From Hormiphora californensis (taxonomy: Eukaryota; Animalia; Ctenophora), in assembly GCA_020137815.1 (NCBI GenBank), contig CM035353.1:4030001-4094000 (forward strand): DNA of 64,000 bases. The letters run 5' to 3'. The position numbers and the translations under genes were made by a program. The notes beneath the pieces were generated by a model. That model saw only the letters and a program-made list of their open reading frames with translations, searched no databases and had not been told where the DNA came from. Positions 1-13,000 of the stretch are shown in pieces; position 1 is the stretch's first letter; each line of letters begins with the position of its first letter.

Positions 1-487
1 TAAGTCAATGTTGTATTTTAGCTCTTTATTAACTTTTGTATTAGAACACAAGGAAAGTTTCTATTCAGAATTTTGATTTTCGTTAAAAAAACACAAGGAT
101 TGTTTCTATCCCAAATTTTAGGATTAAAATTTTTCCTTTCTATGAGATTTTGTGAGAAAAATTTGCGCTTTTGCCTGGAAAAATCGCAGATTTGCCTCAA
201 AAATCTCATTAATCTCACGCTTTTTGGCCGAAAATCGAAAATCTCAAAACTCACAGCTATCCTAAAAATCGCCAATGAGGCATGAGATTCTTGCGGCAGC
301 CCCCCCCCCCCCCCCCCCATATATTGCAGTAGATCCAGTCTATATAATAAACTACCCTCATGTAGATCCAGTCTATATAATCAATTACCCTCGTGTAAAT
401 ACAAGCAATTACCCTCGTGTAAATTATTGGAAGTTGAGGTGTGCGTGGGCGACACATCATGTCCCCTGCATCAATATTCCCGAGTCT

Positions 488-560
488 TGATTGGTTTGGT
501 TAGGTTTGATAGACTGTACCTCGCACTGCGCCCAGAGGTTTGTTACGAAGTCACTCCCTG
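488..560 (-). mobile_element. 3' end of a retroposon (SINE/LINE) with an (AAACC)n tail
   Basis: The reverse complement matches 43157-43213 (CAGTGCGAGGTACAGTC...AACCAAACCAAACC). Confidence 0.5.
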
Positions 561-833
561 TTATTATCATTACCAAGCCCAGAGGACGCCTGGCTAAAAT
601 GGTACCGTTGTATCCGTCTGTGATCTGCGGCGTCATTGCCTTGAGCATAGCTCACCCAGTCTGGTATTTGTACTAATATATCTACGCTTACGTGTACTTG
701 CTTGATCCTCTCTCATCGGCCCCTGTTGTCAAATAGGGTTAGAACAACATTGCACAGCACTCCTGATTTCACTATCTGTCTTATGTAGCGTTAGATTGAG
801 TGACATTGAGGATCACCAGCTCGGTGCGGAACG

Positions 834-3800
834 ATGAAAACTACTAATATCCAGAAGCTCATCATCACATGTATAGGTAAGATTTATTTTTGTGATAATC
901 TCTATAGTAACAACAGTCAAACCTTTATATATATTAGTTACCGGAACTCTATTTACGGTCAATTGGGGGGGGGGCGACATGTTAATTGTTAATAAATCAC
1001 CTCTTTTTTTCGATTTTGTTAATTAACGTTAATTAACAAAATTAACAAAGTTAACAAATGCTAAAAGACTGTTCTTATTGGTTGATAATACGACTTTAAC
1101 TGGTTTAATTTTATAGTTTAATGACTTAGGGTAAACCGGGGCAATTCGAACAACCGGGGCAATTCGAACAATGTACTGCCCGTCTCTCACCTAGTTAAGC
1201 TATCATAATGACGTCATCCTATCTCCAGAAGAAAACTGCTCGTTCGAGCCTGCCCGTTACCACTAAATAGGCTCTAGATCCGGTTTAAGTTGGTCAATTT
1301 CCGATTTGAAAAAACCAGCTGAAAGCTAATAATATCAGCTTTCAGATGGTATAAAAATTATTTAAATATTCGCATGTTTTCATTCCAAATTCTGGTAAAT
1401 TAAGATTACCGGGGCAATTCGAACAACCGGGGCAATTCGAACAGGGGCAATTTGGTTAACACCCGGGCCAATGATGTGCAGTTCTTTGTACCACGTGATC
1501 ACGCGTGATACCGGGGCAATTCGAACAAGAACGACCAGCGTTGAGCGTGTAGATTGCGTGTAGATTACATTGTTCGAATTGCCCCCACCTCTAACAACAC
1601 CAGGCGGAAATCTTCTTCTGGTGTTGTGAGGACGTTCACGTGACGAAATAAAGCACTCCTATTGGTGTTGTCCGAATTGCCCCGGTACCATTTTTTCCGA
1701 CCAAAATTTTTAAATTAGTTATTTAGTTAAGTAAATGATGGTCCCTAGAGTTGAAATTTATCTTATTTGAAAGATAAAATAATGAACTTTAATCCTATAT
1801 AATTTTTTTCATTGTATCTTTTTTTAAATGGGAGTGAGAACCGATTAAGTAGAAAGTTAACCATTTTGCCCCGGTTTACCCTACCTAACACATACATACC
1901 CAAACAAGGCCTTTTCCGATAACCAAAGTCCGACATACAGATTTTTGGCTCAAAATCGATGAAAATCCAAAAGTTGCAAATATTTCAATTTAGCGTATAA
2001 AATCTCACTTTAACGTATTTTTTTCATTGGTAATAGATTCTTTGAACTTAATAAGATGAAATACAACGTTTCTGTTGGAAAAAGAAATACAATTTTTCCA
2101 AAATCAATTTTTTGGTCAAAGATTGAAAATTTGCTTCGCTACAAATCCTTGTGTTTTTTTAGAAAAATATATTTTTGGGATATTTTTCGTTTTAAGGTAA
2201 ATTAATGAGTCTTATTTAAGTTTTAGGGTTGGAAAATGTGGATTAGGGTCATTTGACTTCAATTGCCGTTTACTTTGGCTAGTTTTTGTTAAAATTTACA
2301 CAGTGGAACAAATCGCTGTAAAAAGGCCGTAGTAGAGGTAGTGGTGGTATGTAAATCGTGCAGAAGGAACAACTTTGCTCGCAGAACAAGTGTTAAATAC
2401 CAAAAATACGTGCTAAAGGGGATTTAGATGGCATAAATGGCACTTGTTAACGTTTGTTAACTTTTTGTTAATTTTGTTAATAAATCACCTGTTTTCTCGA
2501 TGTTAATATTAACAAAGTTAACAAAATTAACATGTCGCCCCCCCCCGGTCAATTTTATTCTAAGAGTTTCTTACACACTTCTAACTCCATTTTCTATTTT
2601 CAGTATTTGCAATCTTCGCCGTTGCAACCTTCTTCTTCTGCGACTATGACGTGGCCTTAACAGTGGAAGTCATGAAAAGTATGGGGGCACCGGGGCTCAT
2701 ATTGGTGGCGTCCATTAGTTGGTGTATCGCTCATACCTGGTATGTCTTCGAACAGCACAAAACGTACAAGGACTTCCCCCAGCCGCCCCGTGCTGACTTC
2801 TTTCAAGGGAACTGGCCACAGATGAAGGCGGCCCAAGATAAAAACACACTCTTTGATCTTTTCGGAGAGTGGGTTGATACGTATGGCGAGACCATTCTCT
2901 TTTGGAGGCAGTCAGCTCCCAAGTACTTCACCTCCGACCCAGACCTGGTCAAGGCCATCCTTACCGAGATTTCCCTCTTTTCAAAGACCCACGCCATCCC
3001 CAACCGGACCCTCTTTGGCCAGAGAATGACGGGTACATCCAGCTTCCTCACGGTCCAAGATGGCGAAGTTTGGGCGATCAAACGAAGGGCCATGTCACCC
3101 TACTTCTCTAAAATCCACATGACTGGAATGTTCGACAAGTGCCACGATTACATCGCACGGGGGCTTGAGAAGCAGTTCTCAGAGGTGGCCTTGGGCAAGA
3201 CACACGTGGACATTGTCGAGTTTTATGGTGAGCTCTATCAGTTCTTCCTGGGTGCTCTTGGCTTTGATCTCGACTGTAACTACGTCTCCGATAACGCCAA
3301 GTTCCACAATGAAGTCATCCAGGGAGTGCTGAAGTGGGCTCCACAGCAGTTTGGTAACACCACAGACGTGCTGAAGATGCGAGTTAGCAAGGATGTAAAC
3401 TCGGTTATCTGCGGTGTAAGCAAACTCCGGACCATCTGTCGTTACATCTTGGATGAGAAGATTAAGGAATACACGGAGAAGGGTCCACAACCGGATGACA
3501 TTTTGCATCATGTTATCACGGCCAACCAGATGTACCTTGAGCACGTCGACACGGAGTTTGACAATCACTATAAGGAGAAACTAATGACATACATGACGGA
3601 CGATGTCTTGACCATCTTCCTTGTCATCGATAACATGGCAAAGACGATGTCTAACTTATTGGTGCGAGTCATGCGGGAACCACGAGTTTACGCAAAAATG
3701 GTGGCGGAGATTCGAGAATCACAGATTGGAGACTTACAAACGATGGACAAAACCCTGCGGTACACTGAGATGGTGATCCTGGAGACTCTGCGACTCCACC

Positions 3801-4207
3801 CAACATTGATGAGGGGTATCCGGGTCACCAAGAACCCGAACACCGAGCTGAACAAGGGCCTCAAAATCAAGGGCAAGGGTATGATCTTCTTTGGACAGCT
3901 CGTCCTCCATCGGTCCACCAAGTACTGGAAGGACCCCTATGAGTTCATCCCAGAGCGATGGGAGACCGGCTCCAAGAACATCACGCCCTTCACATATCTC
4001 CCATTCGTGGCCGGACCTCGAGTGTGCATGGGAAAACATCTGGCTATGTTGAGTATGAAGTTAGCCTTGGCGTATACCTTTAAAAAGCATGACATGAGGC
4101 CGGTACCAGGAGAGGAAAAAGATATGGACTGGGATTATCGGTTTACTATTGTTAGGCCCAGTGCAGGATACAACGCGGTTTTTACGAAGGCCGAAACTGA
4201 AAGTTAA
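834..4207 (+). CDS. Cytochrome P450 (CYP46-like), two exons 834-876 + 2604-4207, about 548 aa, nested in a CKAP5 intron
   Basis: The ORF has WxxxR (WAIKRR), ExxR (ETLR), PERW and the heme motif FVAGPRVCMG, plus CYP46-like segments PPRADFFQGN and LFGQRM. Exon 1 (ATG 834, MKTTNIQKLIITCI) ends G|GTAAG at 876 in phase 1 and joins tttcag|TA at 2604 in frame. Confidence 0.9.
965..2546. mobile_element. Non-autonomous DNA transposon with G-run TIRs (MULE-like) in the P450 intron
   Basis: TIRs GGGGGGGGGGCGACATGTTAATT / AATTAACATGTCGCCCCCCCCC; flanking direct repeat (C)GGTCAATT at 956-964 and 2546-2554 (8-9 bp TSD). Confidence 0.8.
1129..1881. mobile_element. Tc1/mariner(pogo)-like MITE nested inside the MULE-like element
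   Basis: TIR GGGTAAACCGGGGCAA / TTGCCCCGGTTTACCC flanked by TA on both sides; internal CCGGGGCAATTCGAACA repeats; a solo end of the same family occurs at about 36472-36535. Confidence 0.8.
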
Positions 4208-4951
4208 TGATGAATTACATTTGAAAATATTTGTTTGAAAGTATTTTTAATTTTTGGGGGGTAGGAAGAAAATTGTGATAGTTTTCTGTTATTTATTTAC
4301 TGGATAGCAAAGACTTTCGTGACCTATGATTTGTAGAGATCGTCGTGTTTAGGTTTTAAACCTTACTTATTCTGCAGAATGTAGATGTATGACTTTGCTT
4401 TTTTAACTTAAAATGTGCTTTTGTTTTGAAATTTGTTCACAAAAACTAACCCTTATTCATACTGAACTGTTCTATGCTCAACCCTGCTTCACTGCGCCCC
4501 ACACAAATGTAAAAGAGGGCTAGGGTTTTAACACAACAAAACTGCTAGACAGTTTCTTATAAACATAAGAGAGCAAATGGTTGGGCAGTCATAAAGGGGA
4601 GGAATATTTTATTCGTAAGGGAAATACTAGTGCCGGGCTTTATAAGTGAGATTCTCACGGCTTCGCGAAATAGGTTGGAGGCTATTGTTAGGGAAATGGC
4701 TGGGGTAGTTTTATTTAGTTGAGTAGTCTAATAATCCAACCACGCCTTGGTCTCATCCTATTGTACTACTATGTATTGTGTCTAGTCAGTGATTTGTCTT
4801 GAAAACATCCATTTTCACTGATTTACAGCTACCCAAAAAAGCTAATCGTACAAATCTCAAATCATGGAGTTATGCTAGTCTCATCACTTATTCACGTTCA
4901 AAACAGTCCTATATTATGACCAGATAATTGATCACCCCCTCCTCCCCACAG

Positions 4952-6639
4952 CCATTATTCCAACACATCTCCAAGAAATTAAACAATCCTTGGACATCCT
5001 TCTAAAATGGATTTCCCTCCGATTCTTTGATACCAATACCTCCGTACTCCTCGCCTCCCTTGACTGGTAAGTTTCGTACAGAAAAGATGGTGGCGGCAAG
5101 TGCTAAATTGCCACCCTTGTGTTGTACCCCACACTGAATCTGATTTCTCTGTGAGGGTTCGGCAGACCAAATTGCCACCCCTCCCAAAAGTGGGTGTGTA
5201 TCTTTCCAATATTTTATGCCCCTTGTCAGGCTATCAAAATGTTTTCGGGCACTCCTGGACGATGGTTACATCCTGTTAGAACAGGAAGCCAGTGCCTTTA
5301 TGCCATATCTCGTTACAAAACTGGGAGACAGCAAGGAGCCTGTACGGAAGAGTGTCCAGGCGCTCTTCAGTGATATTGTCTTTATTTACCCCGCTTCGAG
5401 GACTTTCCATCATCTTAGTGAAGGTAATTAATTATTAATTAATTAACCATAATGTGAAGGTAATTAATTAACCGTAGTAAGATGAAGTAATTGTTCTATA
5501 CTTACCACTAACAGTCTAAAACGTGCTTATAATATGGGGTGGGGGCACGGCCAAAAAAGCCAAAACCGCCCTATAATCCGGGATTAATCTGGATTTTTTG
5601 GCCTTGCCCCCCCCCCCCTTTGATATTCGTGTGCCAACCCATCGCCCGTATCATTCCGTATTGTAAACATGGATTTATTATTGATTGTATCCTGAATAAA
5701 ACTTTTGTAATTCTCAACAAATCATTACCACCCTGGGTAGGACTAAAAACGAAGAACAGCCGACAAAGAACTGGTGTGTTGGAGCAAGAGACAAAGCTGA
5801 TACATGAACACGGAATTGATGTGTGTCAACCGTCCCCAAAAAAGGCATTTGAGTTTGTAGCGACATTCATCGGTTGGTTGATAAAGTATAGTTCATGCTT
5901 AGTTGATACATATTAAAACCAATTACTAATATTATTTCTGCATGGTGGTCAGTGGTCACTCACAGCAATTTTCAGGTGACAAAGACAACTCGGTAAGAAC
6001 GGCAGCCCTGAATTGTGTGGTAGCAGGGTGGAACTATATCGGAAAAGATATTTATAAGATGGTGGGGAGACTCTCAGACAAGGATATGGGTATGTTGTTA
6101 GACTTTCTCAGACAAGGATATTATATGGGACGTTCTCAGACGTTCTTTCCTCGGATGAGAGAATTAGGGAGGGGGAGATATAGATAGAACTAATTGATAG
6201 CTGATCCTATCATGATCAGTGATCTATATCTAATATAATACCTCTATTAGGAATGCTGGAGGAACGTGTTAAAAGAGCTGGTAAACGTGTCGATACATCT
6301 CCTAAAGCTAAGGTAAGAAACCAGGGCCCGGTCCGCTTGATATAATACCTGATCTTAAATCTTTTTATTTTTCATAATAAACGCTGTGTATCCGAGTTCG
6401 ACACTTTTAACAGTCAAAAGTGTGGTACTCTATGCACTTACGAATTAACCACTAATTGGTCGTGTAAACATGGACGACTCTTCTGCTCTCTCCTATCGCG
6501 AGAGAAGAGATCTCGAGAAGAGCGCGAGAAGAGAGAGCGAGAGATGAGAGAGCTAGGAGAGACGAGAGAAGAGAGAGAGGAGCTAGAGAAGCGCTCTCTT
6601 GTCGCTAGACGAGAGCTTGCCTCTTCTCCGCTCTCTCTC

Positions 6640-6715
<76 letters not shown>

Positions 6716-6992
6716 AATCTCAATATAAGATGAAAACCGCTGACTACACAGAGTCTTAACGTTTTGTAGCATTGGTTGATATGATAATAGCCGCGCCGTC
6801 CTTCTAAATCCGTATTATCTTTCAATATTTCTTTTACGAAATTTTGGAAAAACAGATAATTCTTCTCGGAGAAGAATTATCTGTGCTGTTATTTTGTCAA
6901 AAACACTGATTTCTTGGGTATCTTCCAGGAAAAAACACAGTCTCAGAAATCTGAGGAGGAAGAGGTATTATACAGTGCTGCCTGTATGAGAA

Positions 6993-7060
<68 letters not shown>

Positions 7061-10000
7061 GAGAGAGAGAGAGAGAGAAAAATGATGACTTATAATTGAG
7101 GTAGAAAATAAGGGCATGCCCACATCTTGATATGTATGTCTTTAATCATTTAACTTTCTAATTAAACAGTTTGCCAAGGATGTCACACCTCAAAATTATT
7201 TTGATTGACTGCAACAATTTGTTAGATATTTGTTAGATAATAATATTCTCGTCTTCCTGTTACATGATCACACCTCCCTCTAGGCAGCAGCAGCAGCAGC
7301 AGCAGCAGCGGCTAAACAGGCTGAGCAGCAGGCCCCTACTGCAGCTGTGTCTGTTGACGATATTGACATGGAGCTAGAGCCCGAGGAAGTGGCACGAGAA
7401 CCCTCCCCACCCCCACCACCTCCAAAAAGGAGGGGAGAATTCCAGATGGATTACAAGGTACCGAGACCATGGTCCCAAATTGGGATCAATAAATGTTGGT
7501 TGCGTGAATCCTGTCTGTGTTTCGGGTTTTAGAAGTGTCCAGATTTAGGTGTCCGGATCATATTTCCCCTTCCATGATATATATCCGTTATCTTATAACG
7601 AATCTCCTTCTTATCTCTCATTTCTTCTTTTCTGCTTTCTCTCCTGTCACAAAGTCTGATCGTTCTTCTTTTTCTTGTTCTGATCGTTAGTACTGCTTGG
7701 TTGTTTATTGCCGCTGCCGTTGTATGATAATCTAGACCCCACCCCACTCTTAGATAGGTTACTATTGCTATGTTAATCTTGTTCTGATTATTTTCTAGCC
7801 AGCTCATGAGAGCACCCTCCTTTGTAATCAGTGGCCCGGACCAGGATCCTCCTTCAACACCACCACCTCGGACCTCCAGGCGACATTCCCTAGCAACCAC
7901 AGCAGCCTTCACCAGACAATCCACCCCTCGCCCGCACAAACAGCTCAGTCCAAATGTAGATAGCAATCGGAGACGGTCTGTTTCAGTTGACTTTGTGTAT
8001 CGACCTATCGCTGGGAAGAAGACTCCCGGGAGGAAGGAGGGGAGAAAGAGGACAGATAGTGGTGGTACTAGTAGAAAGAGGACAGAGAGTAGAGGTACTA
8101 GTAGAGAGAGGACAGAGAGTGGTGGTACTGGTAGAGAGAAGACAGAAAGTGGCAGTACTAGTAGAAAGAGGACAGAGAGTGACAGTACTAGTAGAGAGAG
8201 GACAGAGAGTGGCAGTACTAGTATAGAGGTATCTGTTGATAAACCTGTCCCAGAAGTGGCTATAAAGAGAAAGTATCCCGGGGAGTTAGTAAGACAAGAT
8301 ACCTACACGATTTGTAAGGGACGGAGAGAGGTGAGGTCGGAGGAGGATGATATCAAAAGTAGAGAGAGAAGCCCCCGTATCACTGCTAACACTTTACTTC
8401 CGGGCAGTGTAGTAAAAACTCCGAGTCCTCGGCATCTTAGTGCTAGCTGTACAACGCCTAGTCCCCGACATCTAGGTTCTACCGAACGAAGGGCGTCCAT
8501 TACTGTTACAACTCCAAGCCCCCGTACCTCTGAACGAAGGGCGTCTATGAGCTATGACATTACAACTCCAAGCCCCCGTACCTCTGAACGAAGGGCCTCT
8601 ATTGCAGTTACAACTCCAAGCCCACGTACCTCTGAACGAAGGGCGTCCATTACTGTTACTTCTCCAAGCCCCCGTACCTCTGAACGAAGGGCGTCCATTA
8701 CTGTTACAACTCCAAGCCCCCGTACCTCTGAACGAAGGGCCTCTATGAGTTATGTTGTTACAACTCCAAGCCCCCGTACCTCTGAAAGAAGGGCATCCAT
8801 TGCAGTTACAACTCCAAGCCCCCGTACCTCTGAACGAAGGGCCTCTATGAGTTATGACATTACAACACCAAGCCCCCGTACCTCTGAACGAAGGGCCTCT
8901 ATGAGTTATGTTGTTACAACTCCAAGCCCCCGTACCTCTGAACGAAGGGCGTCCATTGCAGTTACAACTCCAAGCCCCCGTACCTCTGAACGAAGGGCGT
9001 CCATTACTGTTACAACTCCAAGCCCCCGTACCTCTGAACGAAGGGCCTCTATGAGTTATGTTGTTACAACTCCAAGCCCCCGTACCTCTGAACGAAGGGC
9101 ATCCATTACTGTTACAACTCCAAGCCCCCGTACCTCTGAACGAAGGGCGTCTATGAGTTATGTTGTTACAACTCCAAGAGAGAGGAGGTGCTCCGTTGGT
9201 AGTTTGACACCCAGTCCTCGGAACGTGAGTGGTGGGAGGAGGGCATCTGTGAGTGGTAGTGTAGGTACCCAGAGGAAGGTTGTATCTCCGTTGGTTGAGA
9301 AAAGTTCAATTGAATCTCGAAAAATATCCGGTGCTGTTGTAAACCGCGAGAAAAGGAAAGTATCGTTCGCGGCTGCTAGGAAGGGTGTAGAGCTCCAGGG
9401 GGACGTATCCAATGAGAGTTATTCTTCAGATGATTCTGATCAGGCCGGCTCCAGGAAAACTCCCTCGTCTGGTGTTCTTAAAATGGTATCCTGTGCCCCA
9501 CCTGATAGTAGTAGGCCATCCCCATCATCTCCTAGAGCGGAGTCTAGAAAGATGCCCGGTACCCCATATCCCCGCGGAGATGGTGAGACGATCCCCGGTA
9601 CCCCATATCCCCGCGGTTCTGAGACGATCCCTGGTACCCCATATCCCCGCGGAGCTGCTGAGACGATCCCCGGTACCCCATATCCCCGCGGAGCTGCTGA
9701 GACGATCCCTGGTACCCCATATCCCCGCGGAGCTGCTGAGACGATCCCCGGTACCCCATATCCCCGCGGAGCTGCTGAGACGATCCCCGGTACCCCATAT
9801 CCCCGCGGAGATGCTGAGACGATCCCCGGTACCCCATATCCCCGCGGAGCTGCTGAGACGATCCCCGGTACCCCATATCCCCGCGGAGCTGCTGAGACGA
9901 TTGGATCACCTAATTCCTTATCCTCGGACTCCTTCACAACTCCACCTCATACAGGGGAAGATAACGTCTCCATCTACTTTTCCACTGCTAAATCATCGAG

Positions 10001-13000
10001 GAGATACAGTGAGGTTGACGTGGAGGAGCTGGCGGAGGTGAAGGTGACCCTGCATTACTCGCAGGGTGGTCGAAAGGAGGCTAGGGCTGAGCAGCAAGAT
10101 GACACCAATATTGAGACAATCGATTGTCAGAACAAGATAGCTGGTGACCTCCACCATGACAGTAATAGTAGTGACATTAGGAGTGATAGTTTCTCCGTTA
10201 AACAGTCTTGTTGCAGTATCTATGAGGAGGTAGAGAACTCTTCTCCCACATCATCATCATCCCCTGACTCATGTCCTGGTGTCAGTGGTAACCTCCTTTC
10301 CTCCCCGCCAACCAGAGATTGTGGACCAAGCTCATCCATGGTTACACCGAGTCACCCAAATACCTCGAAATGGGGCCTCCTCTCGCCCCTCCCTCCACCC
10401 CTCCCTCCACCACCTACACCTGCTACTCCCGAGGATGCCAGAAGAAAGAAGGAACCCAGGACAACAGCTAATTCTGGTACTTTCCAAGCCCTCTCTCATG
10501 GTGGTGCTGAAGAACCGGTTTTCATGCCACTCGAGTTTGAATCACTTGAAATTGGGGCTCCTCCTCCAAGGAAGAGACATGAGGGACCTTTGGCGGCTGA
10601 GATAGAACGACTTGAAAAGTATAGAAGTGATATTTGGAATCACGAACGATTAACTTTGATGCGGATTCGAACTAAGCCTCCCGATGTTTTTAGTGGAATC
10701 GAGGGTGCCATTCAGGAAAGAATCGAGCGAAGGTTTAAGGAGACCATTAACACTGATGCAAGAGATGTATCAGAAATATATAATTTGGAATCAGAAATAT
10801 ATTTTCCACCGTTTGAGGAGGTTTTGGGAGACCACTTGGACAAGTTTAGAGACATCTTGAACACTGCCAATGCCAGGAGGATATCGGAAAAACATTTCCC
10901 ACCTCCCTCTCCTCGACCAACACAACGACTCACAACACCTTCCCGGCTACCCTCAAAGGAGGGTATTTGGAAACTCAACCTCACCCCTGAAGTAGCAGCC
11001 CTCCCTATTTCCTACAATATCAGGTCATCCGATCCTAACTTGTTGCAACCCGAGGAGATATCACCTACCTCACGACGGTTTGATCATGTACGTAGTATGT
11101 CTCTCACAATGTCTCTCACAATGTATGAAAGTGTCCGTTCGCGTTGTCCAAATGTTGATGGTTGTGATTTGTGTTAGGGGTCCGGACATTTTCAAGTTTG
11201 TGTATTGGTGGTGGGACGAAATACAAAACACGGGATCATTTGGTTGTTGTTTGTTTTCCGTGTGAAATAGCAAGCACTATACACGTCTCTCACCGTCCCC
11301 CCTCTCTTGTTTAGAACCTCAAGCCGCTGAATGTTCGACCGTACGAGCGGCTCGGGCAATTGGACATGTCAGGCCTTGACGATTTCGCTGTACCTGAAAC
11401 TAGCCTCAAGGTTAGAACATGATACACGCTGTTTTTAGTTTGATGCCTGGGATTTCTAATATATACATATTTACGATTATAATAAGCAGCCCTACCACCC
11501 CACCTCTCTCCAACCCCCAACCCCACCTCTCTCTCCAACCCCCAACCCCACCTCTCTAACCTCCACCCCCACCTCTCTCCAACCCCCAACCCCACCTCTC
11601 TCCAACCCCCAACCCCACCTCTCTAACCTCCACCCCCACCTCTCTCCAACCCCCAACCCCACCTCTCTAACCTCCACCCCCACCTCTCTCTAAACCCCCA
11701 CCCCACCTCTCTCTAACCCCCAACCCCACCTCTCTCTCTCTAAAACCCACCTACCCAACTTTCTATCCAACCCCCTTCCCATCTCTTTCTAACGCCCCCC
11801 CCACCTCTCTATCTAACCCCCACCTCTCTCTAACCCCCCACCCAACCTTTATATCTAACCCCCCACCCCACCTCTCGAGAGAGCTCTCTCTAACCCCCCA
11901 CCTCTCTCTCTCTAACCCCCACCCCACCTCTCTATCTAACCCCACCTCTCTCTAACCCCCACCCCACCTCTCTCTCTAACACCCGCCCAACTCTCTCTAA
12001 ACCCCCACCTCTCTCTATAACCCCCACCCCACCCCACCTCTCTATCTAACCCCACCTCTCTCTAACCCCCACCCCACCTCTCGCTAACCCCCGCCCAACT
12101 CTCTCTAAACCCCCCCACCCCACCTCTCTAAACCCCCGCCCTCCACAGTACGCTCCCGTTGAACAGAATATGGATGGAATCAATCTAAACGCAGCCGACT
12201 TGGATTCAATTGACAATGAAATAGTCGATATGATCTGTAAGTACCACGTTGGCAGTTACCCATTTCCCAGTCGGATCCCGATTCACTGGGATGCTCGGGA
12301 GGGGGGAATATATATCAGGGTCGGTAAATTGGGTTACGACTGTTATAGCCAATACACTATTTGAATCTCGCATATCTAACTGTCTCACACATGTATTCAG
12401 GTAACATCAGGCACCCCTCTCTGAGTGTCGTGATTGAAACTGTCTCCTGGTTTAACTTACGTCTACAGGATCCAGCGGAGGCACTTACACTTAAGAAGTA
12501 AGAAATGTGTTGCGTCCTAAATACAGCTGTATTATTTCGTTGTGAAGTAATATAAGGAATTATTAAGATTTTACGCCAAGTGGTATGTGTGTTGATGTCA
12601 CGCTAAAGAAGTATTATAGGAATATTAGTGTTGTAGCTCACACTGTATTTTGCCTATGAGGGTTTGGCAGATCATGGAATTATTTTAGTCATGCAATTGT
12701 AGCTCGATCAAATGAAATATTAGCCAGGAATTATAACATGAACTCAAGCAACCCCCCCCCCACGCTAAATAACGGTGCCCTTCTTGCAGCTACGTGAACA
12801 ACATTGTGGGATCTGCGATGACTCAGCTGACCCATTATCCTGCGGGAGTGGATGAAACTGCCCAACAGGAACAGATCTTGTATCGGGCTATTAGCAGCGT
12901 CGTTCTACAACTTATCACCAACATTCAACTTTGTACCGAGGTAACTATTAGTGATAATAGCCAAACTATTCCATTTGGACCAAACCCCGAAAGTGACTTT

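Noticed and set aside
491-676. Remnant of a second P450 N-terminus (SIAHPVWYLY resembles CIAHTWYVF)
   Set aside because: The similarity is too short, is followed by stops, and overlaps a retroposon tail.
6544-7099. ER/SL dipeptide ORFs here and at the other (AG)n tracts
   Set aside because: Microsatellite translations.
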